This document shows, in pieces, positions 49,324-60,294 of a DNA stretch of 64,000 nt. Both the position numbers and the translations under genes were made by a program. The notes below the pieces were generated by a model, which made no database searches, was not told the origin of the DNA, and saw only the letters and a program-made list of their open reading frames with translations. The DNA comes from Squalus acanthias (Eukaryota): contig CM059432.1 in assembly GCA_030390025.1 (NCBI GenBank), positions 122,886,001 to 122,950,000 of the forward strand, given 5' to 3'. Every line of letters starts with the position of its first letter. The stretch's first letter is position 1.

Positions 49324-50957
49324 GTGAGATGATGATCTTGTGCATTTTACAGAACAATCAGGGTTTTAATGGGTAATAATTGGCAGTTATTTCCACGAGA
49401 TTCAAAGACTGGACCTTGTTTACATTTACATATATTTACATCTGTGTGTATATTTTTGTGTGTTCTAAATGACTATGGTTGAGGGCCATCATAGTTACTA
49501 GTGGCTCGGTATATTAATAATTGAAATATTGATCCTTATTTCTGGGGTATACTGGTAACTTTTTTTTTACTTCTGTGATTTCCTGTTTGCTCTCTTATAA
49601 TATTGCCATCTAAGCCAACCATTCATCATGTAAAGTGCCTGACATAGCAATGCACTGAGTGCAGGCACTGGAACATGCAATAGAAATGGCTAGCTGAGCA
49701 AGGCAATATCAGTTGATGAGAATTTTGAAGGGATTTCCTTCGCTTAACATTGACAAGCTATTGCCCTGAGGGTTACAGACGTGACCACGATTGTGGTGTA
49801 ATTCACAAAAGATGGTTTGGAAAATGCAGTCTGTATTGTTCCCATTTAGTCTTGGTCTGTGTATCGGACATGGGGCAAAATGTGAGTGTGCTCATACTAA
49901 TTCACAAACTTTCCTCTGAGTGAACTTTTGGAAATACTGACACAACCCCTAAGCCTTTCCCTATAAAACCGCCAAGAAACAGGGTCAGGAACTCAAAGGT
50001 GGACATCATATCACTCACTGCAGAAAATGTATTTCATGAGAACTTAAAACAATACAGAATTCTCAAGAAGCTTGCCTCTTCAGTCTGAAGTTCCGTTGAC
50101 ACTCCAGCACATTGTTAGTGGGATGAATGCCCTTGCTTCACTGCACAGCGCCTCCATCTGCAGTGCAGTCATCAACTAGATGATTCAAAGCTCATCCTCA
50201 ACATTTAGAAACTGAGCACGGCATCATTATGTGTATGTTTTAGAAATAATGCCTGCTACCAAAAACCAAGCTCACTGAGCTGAGACTGAGACTTAATAAA
50301 ATGACAATGTGATGCCTCCAGTGAATGTTCGTGATAAATGAGGCTTAAAGTTTAAATCACATAGGTTAGCTCCTCCTGGTTACCGTCTAGAATCAGGCAA
50401 TCTAAGCAAGCACTGCTAATCTGTCGGAATTACTTGCGCACTGACCAAAATCAAGATTTTACATTTTGACATTGTATATCCCTCGTGAACCCTCAAAGAT
50501 CTGAGTTCCTCAGTTTGTAAACCACTGATCGAATTGAACCTGATGTATTTTCTGTGATTCATGGTTGTTTAAAGGGGGAAGCAAAGTTTGGGAGTAATTA
50601 CTATTCAAACTACTTCCCAATTTGTCTTAAAGCATGTAATTGTGAAAATATATGCTACTTGATAGAGAATATCATTGAATTTTCTATCTTAAAGAAACCA
50701 ACCATTTTGTGTCGTCTTCCTTCTAAGCTGTTTTGTGGCGTCCATTATAAGGAGGGCCTGTGTGCAATCTGGAGCAGCTCCATTCATTTCATGGAGATTG
50801 GCATTACAGATAGTGTTGGAAATAACACTGGTGCCACCTGACCTTAGGGAGATGAAAACACTAATAGTTGGGCACTAGAGGGCTTCCTAAAGTCATCTTC
50901 ATCTGTGATAAATTAGAGTTAAGATAAACCTCTGCTCACATTATGCTCCTTCCCACA

Positions 50958-53035
50958 TGTAAGAACGTAAGAAGTAAGAGCAGGAGTAGGCCATACGGCC
51001 CCTCGAGCCTGCTCCGCCATTCAATCAGATCATGGCTGATCATCGACTTCAACTCCACTTTCCTGCCCGATCTCCATATCCCTTGATTCCCCCTAGAGTC
51101 CAAAAATCTATCTATCTCAGCCTTGAATATACTCAAAGACTCCGCATTCACAGCCCTCTGGGGCAGAGAATTCCAAAGATTCACAACCCTCTGAGTGAAG
51201 AAATTCCTCCTCATCTCAGTCTTAAATGGCCTACCCCTTATCCTGAGACTATGCCCCCTAGTTCTAGACACTCCAGCCAGGGGAAACAGCCTCTCAGCAT
51301 CTACCCTGTCAATCTCCTTCAGAATCTTGTATGTTTCAATGAGATCACCTCTCATTCTTCTAAACTCCAGAGAGTATAGGCCCATTCTACACTCTCTCTC
51401 ATCATAGGACAGCCCTCTCATCCCAGGAATCAATCTAGTGAACCTTCGTTGCACCGCCTCCAAGGCAAGTATATCCTTCCTTAGATAAGGAGACCAAAAC
51501 TGTGCACAGTACTCCAGGTGTGGTCTCACCAAGGCCCTGTACAATTGTAGCAAGACTTCCTTACTCTTATACTCCAACCCCCTTGCAATAAAGGCCAACA
51601 TACCATTTGCCTTCCTTATTGCTTGCTGTACCTGCATTCTAGCTCTGTGTTTCTTGCACGAGGACACCCAAATCTCTCTGAACACCAACATTTGAAAGTT
51701 TCTCACCATTTAAAAAATATTCTGTTTTTCTATTCTTCCTACCACAGTGAATAACCTCACATTTCCCTACATTATACTCAATCTGCCACCTTACTGCCCA
51801 CTCACTTGGTCTATCTACATCCCTTTGCAGACACTTTGGGGGAAAAATAGAGTCGCGCCCCCTTTGGGGCGCTAACTTCGCCGGGGCACTACTTTTAGCG
51901 CCCCATAAAAATTAGCGCCCCCGCGCTGGAAATTGAGTGGTTGCGCCCCAAGAGGGAAGCCGGGCGCTACTGGAAGCGCCCTGCATCCCTCTTGGGCGCG
52001 CTGCGAGTCAATATCGTGGCGCTACGTGCTGCAGCGCCAGGCGCTGCGGCACGTTGCACCGCGGTATTGCAGGCCTTTCTCCCCTTCTTAAAGGGGAGGG
52101 GTCTTGTGCAGCGCGAACCGGGGCCCAGCTGGGCCCCCCGGGGATCGGACTGCCAGCAAAAGAGCCCGGCACTCAAGAGAAGTGCCGGGCTCTTGGAGCG
52201 CAGCCGGCACTTCGCGGGGGTTGCTTCACGGGGGCCGGGGACAGCAACGGGAGCAGGTGCTGGCAGGTGGCCAGCAACAAAAATGGCCGCCCACCACCTC
52301 CCCTTTAACTAGCGCCGCCCCGGCCGCAGGTAGGCCCCCCTGACCCCGTCGGACATAGCGTCCGGCGGTAAGTCAAGGGGCGCTACCGAAGAGTGCGAGC
52401 GGGGCGCTGCGCATGGCGATGACGTCATCGCCGGTGGCGCAGCGCCACAGGGCGCTACCGGTTAGCGCCGCCGCTAACCTGCTGAATTTCGCGGGAGGCG
52501 TGGGCGGCGCCGCACCTGGGCGCTAGTTGCTTTGCGCCCCATTAGCGCCCTCTTAAGGCGCTAACGGGAGGCGCAAACCAACTGAATATTTCCCCCTTTG
52601 TGTTCTCCTCACAGCTTACTGTCCCACCTAGCTTTGTATCATCAGCAAACTTGGATACGTTACACTCGGTCCCTTCATCGAGGTTATTAATATAATTTGT
52701 AAATAGCTGAGGCCCCAACACTGATCCTTGCGGCACCCCACTAGTTACAGCCTGCCAACCTGAAAAAGATCCGTTTATCTCTACACTCTGTTTTCTGTCC
52801 GTTAACCAATCCTCTATCCATGCTACTATATTACCCCCAATCCCATGAGCCCTAATCTTGTGTCATAACCTTTTATGTGGCACCTTATCGAATGCCCTTA
52901 TCGAATGCCTTTTGCAAATCCAAATGTACTACATCCACTGGTTCCCCTTTATCTAGCCTGCTAGTTACATCCTCAAAACCTCTAATAAATTTGTTAAACA
53001 CCATTTCCCTTTTATAAAACCATGTTGACTCTGCC
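50958..53035 (-). mobile_element. CR1 LINE fragment interrupted by a GC-rich DNA element
   Basis: [32 protein letters not shown]. Confidence 0.95.
51838..52596. mobile_element. GC-rich non-autonomous DNA transposon, PIF/Harbinger-like, 3-bp TSD TTT
   Basis: acac-TTT-[GGGGGAAA...TTTCCCCC]-TTT-gtg; removing it restores the CR1 text. Confidence 0.8.
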
Positions 53036-53080
53036 TGTACATTTCAGCAGGGACCATCGGAGCAGGAACCTTGGCTCATT

Positions 53081-53840
53081 GGGCCAGAAATTCGGCTTTC
53101 CGGCTTCCTGCGGGTGCAAGCATCGCGCGCGTACTTGCCTACCGTGCCTGCCGTTGTGCTTTGGGCTCACGAGGACTTCGGCTCCTGTGCCTCCTCCAGC
53201 TGCTGGCGCGCAGTGCTTGCGTATCCCAGGGGCGCAGTTAGTTCGAAGCGTCCCCTGGGATCACGTGGGCCATGCAGAGCCAATCCTAACAGGACATTTT
53301 CATTCATAGATTTGACAGGAAGACCTGTCAAATCTATGAATAGAGATCGGCCCCAAAACCACACTTAAACTTCAAATACATTTTTTTTTAAATCACATTT
53401 TTAAAATAACTATAAGTTACATAAATTAACTACTTTAAACAAAAATGAAAATTTTTGAAAAAAATTATACTTTTTAACAGTGCTAAAAATAAACTTACCT
53501 TTCTTTAAAGTATCTAAAAAAGATAAACCTGTTGGAAAAAATGTTTAAATTGTAATTAATTAACCACTTACCTTGTTAAAAACAGGCCTTGCGCCTCCTT
53601 TTTAAAAGTGCAGCTTCTCCATACTTACCCTCCCGGAGAAACCTGAAAAAAAAACGAAGTTCGCTGCGTGCGCGCAGCCTCTCCCGCGCACACGTTCGAC
53701 TTCTGAACCCCTTCCTTCAGGGGAACGGAAGTTCCGGTTTCCCGCGCATGCGCAGTGCATGCAGGAAACCGGCACTTCAGGTGGCCTTACGGGTGAGTAC
53801 ACAGTGCGTACTCACCCGACAAGAGCCGAATTTCTGGCCC
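53081..53840. mobile_element. PIF/Harbinger-like MITE, 17-bp perfect TIR, 3-bp TSD ATT
   Basis: ATT-[GGGCCAGAAATTCGGCT...AGCCGAATTTCTGGCCC]-ATT. Confidence 0.88.
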
Positions 53841-54011
53841 ATTGTCTTTTTCTTTCTCTAGCCTTAGGACACTGAAAATGTTTCCATTTATAACATTTAG
53901 TATAATTTGGCAATTTAGTGGAGGAAATATATATATGTCTGGATTTGTATAACAAAAAGGGATCATAATGGAAGCACTTACTCTCTAAATTCAGCTAATA
54001 TTTGCATAAGA

Positions 54012-54465
54012 AAAACTTGCATTTATATAACACCTTTCACGGCCTCAGGAAGCGCTTTACAGACAATGAAATACTTTTGAAGTGTAGTCACTGTTGTAAT
54101 GTAGTGAAACACAGCAGCCAAATTGCGCACAGCAAGCCTCCACAAACTGCAATGTGATAATGACCAGGTCATCTGTTTTTGTTATGTTGATTGAGGGATA
54201 AATATTGGCCAGGATACCGGGGAGAACTCCCCTGCTCTGCTTCGAAATAGTGCCATGGGATCTTTTACGTCCACCTGAGAGAGCAGACAGGGCCTCGGTT
54301 TAACTGCTCATCCGAAAGACGGCACTTACGACAGTGCAGCACTCCCCCAGTACTGCACTGGAGTGTCAGCCTAGATTTTTGTGCTCAAGTCTCTGGAGTG
54401 GGACTTGAACCCACAACCTTCTGACTCAGAGGCGAGAGTGCTACCCGCTGAGCTGTAGCTGACAC
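54012..54465 (-). mobile_element. Full-length Deu-domain SINE with possible TAAGA TSD
   Basis: Complete head-core-tail; taaga at 54007-54011 and 54466-54470. Confidence 0.92.
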
Positions 54466-54734
54466 TAAGATATCTGAAATATTAAATTAAAAGTGTAGTT
54501 TTTGCTGGAAGTAATTATTTTGTTCTTTCACAGAATCAAACCTGCAGCTCAAACAGCTTTATGTTTTGTGAAATTGACCATAAAAGTCAGATTAGAAGGT
54601 GTTTATGTAGCACTGAGTTAATAAACTGCACTTGGGGTCCATCCCGATAAACTATATCAGTTCCAGATTTTTAATGTCTTGCTGGAAATGATTATATTTG
54701 TGACTTACTTTAATTTTTTTAAATTCTCTCGTAG

Positions 54735-54947
54735 GCTAGTGAAGTTCTGCCAGAGAGCATAGGAAATGCTTTGTATCTTCTGTCTCTGGATGTCTCATTC
54801 TGTTTGAGTTATCTCAGCATTCACGAGTCCATCACTGTCTACTTAGAACAGGTCAGCCCGGAGAGCTACAACATGTATAAGAGAGCCACAGAGGTAGCAC
54901 ACTCGATGGAGTATACATGTACTTTTATCAAGGAGGTTGAAGCAAAG
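54735..54947 (+). CDS. RTTN: Rotatin exon 12 (ASEVLPESIGNALYLLSLD...YLEQVSPESYNMYKR...KEVEAK)
   Basis: ctcgtag acceptor, gtattt donor; 213 nt, phase 0 to 0. Confidence 0.95.
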
Positions 54948-56181
54948 GTATTTACTGCTACTGTTTTATTTATTAGATCTGAAAAAATTTGTTGAATTTA
55001 ACTTTTTTTTAATAGAGAAAACCTTACTTCTTTTTAACACAGAACAATATTTTCATGGTACTGCTATACTTGAAAGAGTGCATTAGTTTATAGACTCTCA
55101 CTACAATATATCATCTTGAATGTGTTTTTGCAACTCTGTTACTTTCAACCATTTAATTAGTGTATAGATATTAAACTTTAGGCCCTCTCATTTTAATTAA
55201 AAAGAAATGCTTTACGTCCTTTTGCACCAATCACCATTCCCCACAAGAATGATGCAAGGAAGATGTTCCCAGGCATCTTCCAATGTCATTCATTCTGGCT
55301 TCAGAGATAAGAGAGTAGCCTCTGGTATTTTTCTCCCGAGGTTTCCCTGACTCCTAGTTTGTAAACCATAAACACTAAACCTGTTTCTCTCAATTCTCTG
55401 TTATGGTACAGGCAATACTGATTTGCCATTCCACTGGGGGACTCCTTGGGTGTGACCATTTTAAAGAAAGAGAAGTGTGTGGCTAATGAAAAATTCAATT
55501 TGAAGTGTACTTATTGCAAATAGGCACTTTTTTTCTATTTTTATTCATAACTGTTTAGCATATGCAGCATGTTTGCAGTTACTTGATGTATTTGTGGAGT
55601 AACATTTATTAATGTAAATCTTTGGTTAGATTTTGAGCAGAATTCTTCCTGTATGAAACTCCATTTTAAAAACAAAAAAATTTATATGACCACAAAATAA
55701 AAAAAGTCTCCATGAAACAAGAATTGCATTTTGATACTAATTATAGTATTACCGTTTTTTTTTTAAAGCGTACATCAGTTGTAACCACAATTTTTGCACC
55801 AAGCACAGACACACTTTGAACACACAAGGTTTATAGGGTCATTAAAAACCTGCGTGAGTTGTATGTTTTCAAAACAGTTAAGGCTTGATGTTAAAATAAG
55901 ATGTTTTTTTTTGCAAATGTTACAATGTTTACAGACTGCTATAGACACTAGTGCTTTTTAAAAATAGGGATTCCATCTTTGGCACTAGAGAGGCAGAGAG
56001 AAGCCAGAGCACCTACACATCACCGTCATAGTCGTGCCATGTGGAAATAATGCAGCAACTTTTTTGTGATGCAAAGTAATAGTTTGGCAACTTTTTTTGT
56101 TTGTTTCCCATAGTTGAATAGTGATGGTTTTTGGAAAGTGAAAGGTATCTTCTCGACCTAATTGCATTTTTCTCTTTGTAG

Positions 56182-56294
56182 GGTGAAAGGAATCTTCTGG
56201 ACCTGATTGAGTTAGCAGACCAGGCTGTGATCAGCCTTCCCTATCATCAGCAGCTACAGCTGGTCCAGAAATATATTGAAATCTGCTCAGAAAT
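56182..56294 (+). CDS. RTTN: Rotatin exon 13 (GERNLLDLIELADQAVISLPYHQQLQLVQKYIEICSE-I)
   Basis: tttgtag acceptor, gtaagg donor; matches GEKNLLELVELADQA; phase 0 to 2. Confidence 0.94.
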
Positions 56295-57209
56295 GTAAGG
56301 AGTGGGGATTTCTCGCATCAACTTTACATCTTCCCCTAATAAACCTAGACGCAGGATTACACTGAGGACAAATAAAGGCATTTTTCTGAATGCTGTTTCT
56401 CAGCAATGGAACACAAGCAATGCTCGCTTTGATTCATAGAATATGTTAAAATCATCTTCTTGGAATAGTTTAGCAAAGTTTTGCCAAAACTGAAAATGAA
56501 TGTGATTTGTTTTGGTCACATAATTGTTGACAGTAGTTGAAGGGATGGTGCTCTCCAGTGTAGAGTGAGTGGTTGTCCTAAGACATGCAGACCTTTAGGT
56601 TACTTTATTATTTCATTGTAGGTGTCAAAACAGTTTGCACTGTCATTTAAAAAAAAAAGTGTTTTATTATCTATTGTCCAAAGTGAATGAATTAATTATA
56701 AATTTGCTCTTATTTTTAATGCATTTTTGGCACTAATTATTGATTTAACTTCAAATTACCATAATAGACCTTTTAACCTCTGTATAGATTTGTTCCTTGC
56801 CCCAATTTTTGTGTATTTATTGCCATCAAACTCACAAGCCCATTCTCCCAGCTGAAAGGATAGGTAGGCCCCTGGTGATGCTACATGATGTGACCACCAA
56901 AAGCGGTGATGGAACAACCCAGCTTCCCGCTCTTCCCGCCCCCCTCCAGTGACGATCTGGCAAGTTTAGTTTGCTGATTTATGTTTCAATTATTCAGATA
57001 TTCTATATTAAATTCAAATATAATTCCACATCTCACTGAACTAAAGGTTCTAAGCTTTTTCAGGGACAATGTGATGTTGGAGGCTAAAACAGAAATGTTA
57101 CCTAGAGGAGTGTCTTTTGAACTAATATATATTCTTTTGCACAATTGTATATATTTTTATAAATAACAAAGTTTCCATGTTGCAATTAAAATAAGCGTAT
57201 AAAGATGTT

Positions 57210-57973
57210 GGGCCATAATTTGCTGTCAAAATAACAGAGAGGCTAATGGCACTTGCCATCTTTCATGCGCAACCGGTACAGCAACTTCAGGCGAGGAGCA
57301 GGTGCGCGGTTAAACTCAAATATCCAAAAGTTATTGTCCGAGTTGCGCCGCTCCACTGTTAGCTTTGCAAAAACGACATCTAGCTGTCTGCTTCACCATT
57401 GAAATGTATTAAGTGCGTGAAGTTGCTGTATTTGCGCGGTAGATACAAACTAAACTCGCCACAAAAGTTAAGTCTTGTCCATTTCAGTCTAAGTACCCTT
57501 TTAATGACATGATAAATGTTAATTACTGCCAGTCAACCTCTCTGGCACTCAAAAATTAACTAACACAAGTGTGGAGTCTCATTCCTTCAGATTTTTATTG
57601 TTGGAGATTTTAAAAATGTAAAATTTGTTTTTACTTTTCCTTTGTGTCTCTTTCTCTCTCTCTCAATCCAGTCTTTCTTTCTCTCTCTCTTTCTCTTTCT
57701 GTACCTGATTTGACATTGAGTTCACCCACTCTAACTTACATGTCCTTCTCAGTCCTTGCGCTGTTAATTTCACAACCCATCAATCTGATTGGTTAAGGAG
57801 ATACACAGTTGCTTTCCCTGTTCACTCAGGTCCCTTGTTTCCCTCGATGCGACCTTATCAGCTCGCACTTTCAGCAACTTGCCACACAAAAAATTTAAAA
57901 ACCTAAATGTGCATGGGCAAATCTAACTCACGGCAGATGCTGTTAGATGACCTGCCACAGCAAATTATGGCCC
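57210..57973. mobile_element. PIF/Harbinger-like MITE, 17-bp perfect TIR
   Basis: GGGCCATAATTTGCTGT / ACAGCAAATTATGGCCC. Confidence 0.85.
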
Positions 57974-58174
57974 GATATATTTTCTTGGAGTAATATTTAG
58001 GAAAACTGGTGAAAGCGCATTATATTGAAAACATTTCCTATACTAATACTAAAAAAAAAACTGCTTCTTTTGATATATCAGCAGTTGTCATGTTTTATTC
58101 TGGTCAGAAAGGTGATGTACCATGTATGGGAAACTCTGAAGAATATTGTTGCTGTTTATATTATTTTTTCACAG

Positions 58175-58301
58175 TTCCAAATCTGCACAGGCCAGCCCAA
58201 TACTTCAAGGAGAGAGTCAGAAAGTGTTCCTGAAACTTTTGTCTCATACCTTGCCAGCTATTAAAGTCGAGTCTTATCGCTGCTCTTTAAACCTTGTGAA
58301 G
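58175..58301 (+). CDS. RTTN: Rotatin exon 14 ([42 protein letters not shown])
   Basis: ttcacag acceptor, gtgagc donor; [15 protein letters not shown] motif; phase 2 to 0. Confidence 0.95.
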
Positions 58302-58361
58302 GTGAGCTAAAAACAACTTTGTTCTGTTGTTAACTAGCTGTAGATTTCACTTTTACTAATA

Positions 58362-58530
58362 TAAAGATGCATTTAAGGGGAAGCTAGATAAGTACATGAG
58401 GGAGAAAGTAATAGATATGTTGATTGGGTGAGATGAAGTTAGGTGGGCGGATCCTCATGTGGAGCTTCTACATCGGCATAGACCTGTTGGGCTGAATGAC
58501 CTGTTTCTTTGCTGTAAAATTCTGTGTAAT
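58362..58530 (+). mobile_element. CR1 3' UTR fragment
   Basis: gcatttaaggggaagctagataagtacatg...gggctgaatgacctgtttc. Confidence 0.7.
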
Positions 58531-58939
58531 CTTCACTGGTGTGTATTGGCTGTAGATGAGGCCAGGCAAATTGTGATGGAGACAGAGGCTGGGGGAAAGC
58601 AGGAGGGTGGGGCCAAGGCAGGGCAGAGAGTGAATGTCACAAATGAACCAGTGCCCATCAGACAGCAAGAGAGACGAGGACTGAGGGGTAAGGATGGCAA
58701 AGGCTGCTGGCGGAAGGCCTGGACACTGAGGAACAGAGAATCTGCTGGTCTGTTACGAAGATAATTTGAGACTTCGCTCTGTGTTTTTGTATCATTGCTG
58801 GGCTGGCTGTGAAGAATGAAGCCAAGAGCTGTCATGTACCTCAGAACATTTTTTTAACCAGTGAGAGATATTAGAATCACTGAATCAATAAGAGAGCTCA
58901 GTATGAGTCTATCCTGAAGCAATCAAAGCTGAGATGAAG

Positions 58940-59346
58940 AAATAACTTGACACCTTTTAGGACATCTCAAGAATTCATAGCCAGTGAATTACCTTTTGAA
59001 ATGTAGTCACTACTGTTATGCAGCCAATTTGCACACAGCAAAGTCTCGCAAACAGCAATGAGATGAATGACCAAATAATGTGTTTCTGGTGGTGTTGGTT
59101 GAGAGCTAAATGATGGCCCAGAAACCATAAGAACTCCCCTGCACTTCCTCAAATAGTGCAATACGATTTATTTTGCGTCCATCTGAACACAGAGACAGGG
59201 CCTCAGTTCTTATGACTCATCCGAAAGATGGTATTTCCAACGGTAGAGCATTCCTCAGTACTGCATTGAAGTGTCAGCCTAGTGAGGTCCTGGTGTGGGG
59301 CATGAACTCAAAACCTCTCACTCGAGCGAGAGTGCTACCATTGAGA
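58940..59346 (-). mobile_element. Older Deu-domain SINE
   Basis: Diverged reverse copy of SINE consensus. Confidence 0.8.
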
Positions 59347-59349
59347 ACT

Positions 59350-59857
59350 TAACATAAGAATTAGGAGCAGGAGTAGGCCATATGGCCCTTCGAGCCTGCT
59401 CCGCCATTCAATAAGATCGTGGCTGATGTTCGACCTCAACTCCACTTTCCCGCCTGATCTCCATATCCCTTGATTCCTCTAGAGTCCAAAAATCTATGAA
59501 TCTCAGCCTTGAATATACTCAAAGACTCAGCATCCACAGCCCTCTGTGGTAGAGAATTCCAAAGATTTTCAACCCTCTGAGTGAGGAAATTCCTCCTCAT
59601 CTCAGTCCTAAATGGCTGACCCCTTATCCTGAGACTATGCCCCCTAGTTCTAGACTCTCCAGCCAGGGAAAACAACCTCTCAGCCTCTACCTTGTCAATC
59701 CCCCTCAGAATCTTCTATGTTTCCATGAGGTCACCTCTCATTCTTCGAAACTCCAGAGAGTATGGACCCATTCTACTCAATCTCTCCCCATAGGACAAAG
59801 TTGTCATCCCAGGAATCAATCTAGTGAACCTTCTTGCACCCACTCTAAGGCAAGTAA
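59350..59857 (-). mobile_element. CR1 3' fragment
   Basis: GESRTRGHSLRIRG.PFRTEMRRNF. Confidence 0.92.
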
Positions 59858-60085
59858 GATAAGATGAGCCTAAAGCCACAAAAAAATAATGGATTATTAT
59901 TACTGATGCATGCAGTTCTATCAGAAGGTTTTATCGTAAAGGTAGTGCAGTAATTTTGTGAGTGACTCTATTTAATTTTTCTCCTAAGAATATTGTTCGA
60001 ATACCATTGGCTAGCAAATATTGCTATGTAGAATTGGTCTTGTATTTGAAACATAAATGATTTTTATTTATCTTTTCTTATGAAG

Positions 60086-60210
60086 GATTGCTTGGGAATC
60101 CACAATGTTACCAAGCCAGTATCATCAATTTCTCAAGGTGTTCATTTCCTTCTCATCCTCGGGTTTTGTATGAAATATGTACATTTGGCCTACAGGACTC
60201 TATAGAACAG
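60086..60210 (+). CDS. RTTN: Rotatin exon 15 with apparent 1-nt deletion frameshift ([22 protein letters not shown] / [19 protein letters not shown])
   Basis: tgaag acceptor, gtactt donor; 125 nt between phase-0 neighbours; the two halves match RTTN in different frames. Confidence 0.9.
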
Positions 60211-60294
60211 GTACTTATTTAGATCTTTGAACGATTATATAAAAATTAGTGGGGTTGCTTTTTGATTGTGGGGGAATAAGATGTGACAAGAGGA

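Noticed and set aside
51937..52343. Overlapping 70-123 aa ORFs
   Set aside because: Stop-poor GC-rich interior of a TSD-flanked non-autonomous element; no transposase motifs
52883..52909. Direct repeat ccttatcgaatgcc twice
   Set aside because: Small slippage duplication in a dead CR1; no functional signal
60086..60210. Programmed ribosomal frameshift or whole-gene pseudogene as explanation of exon 15
   Set aside because: No slippery heptamer or stimulatory structure seen; all other exons, splice sites and the promoter are intact, which argues against a decaying pseudogene
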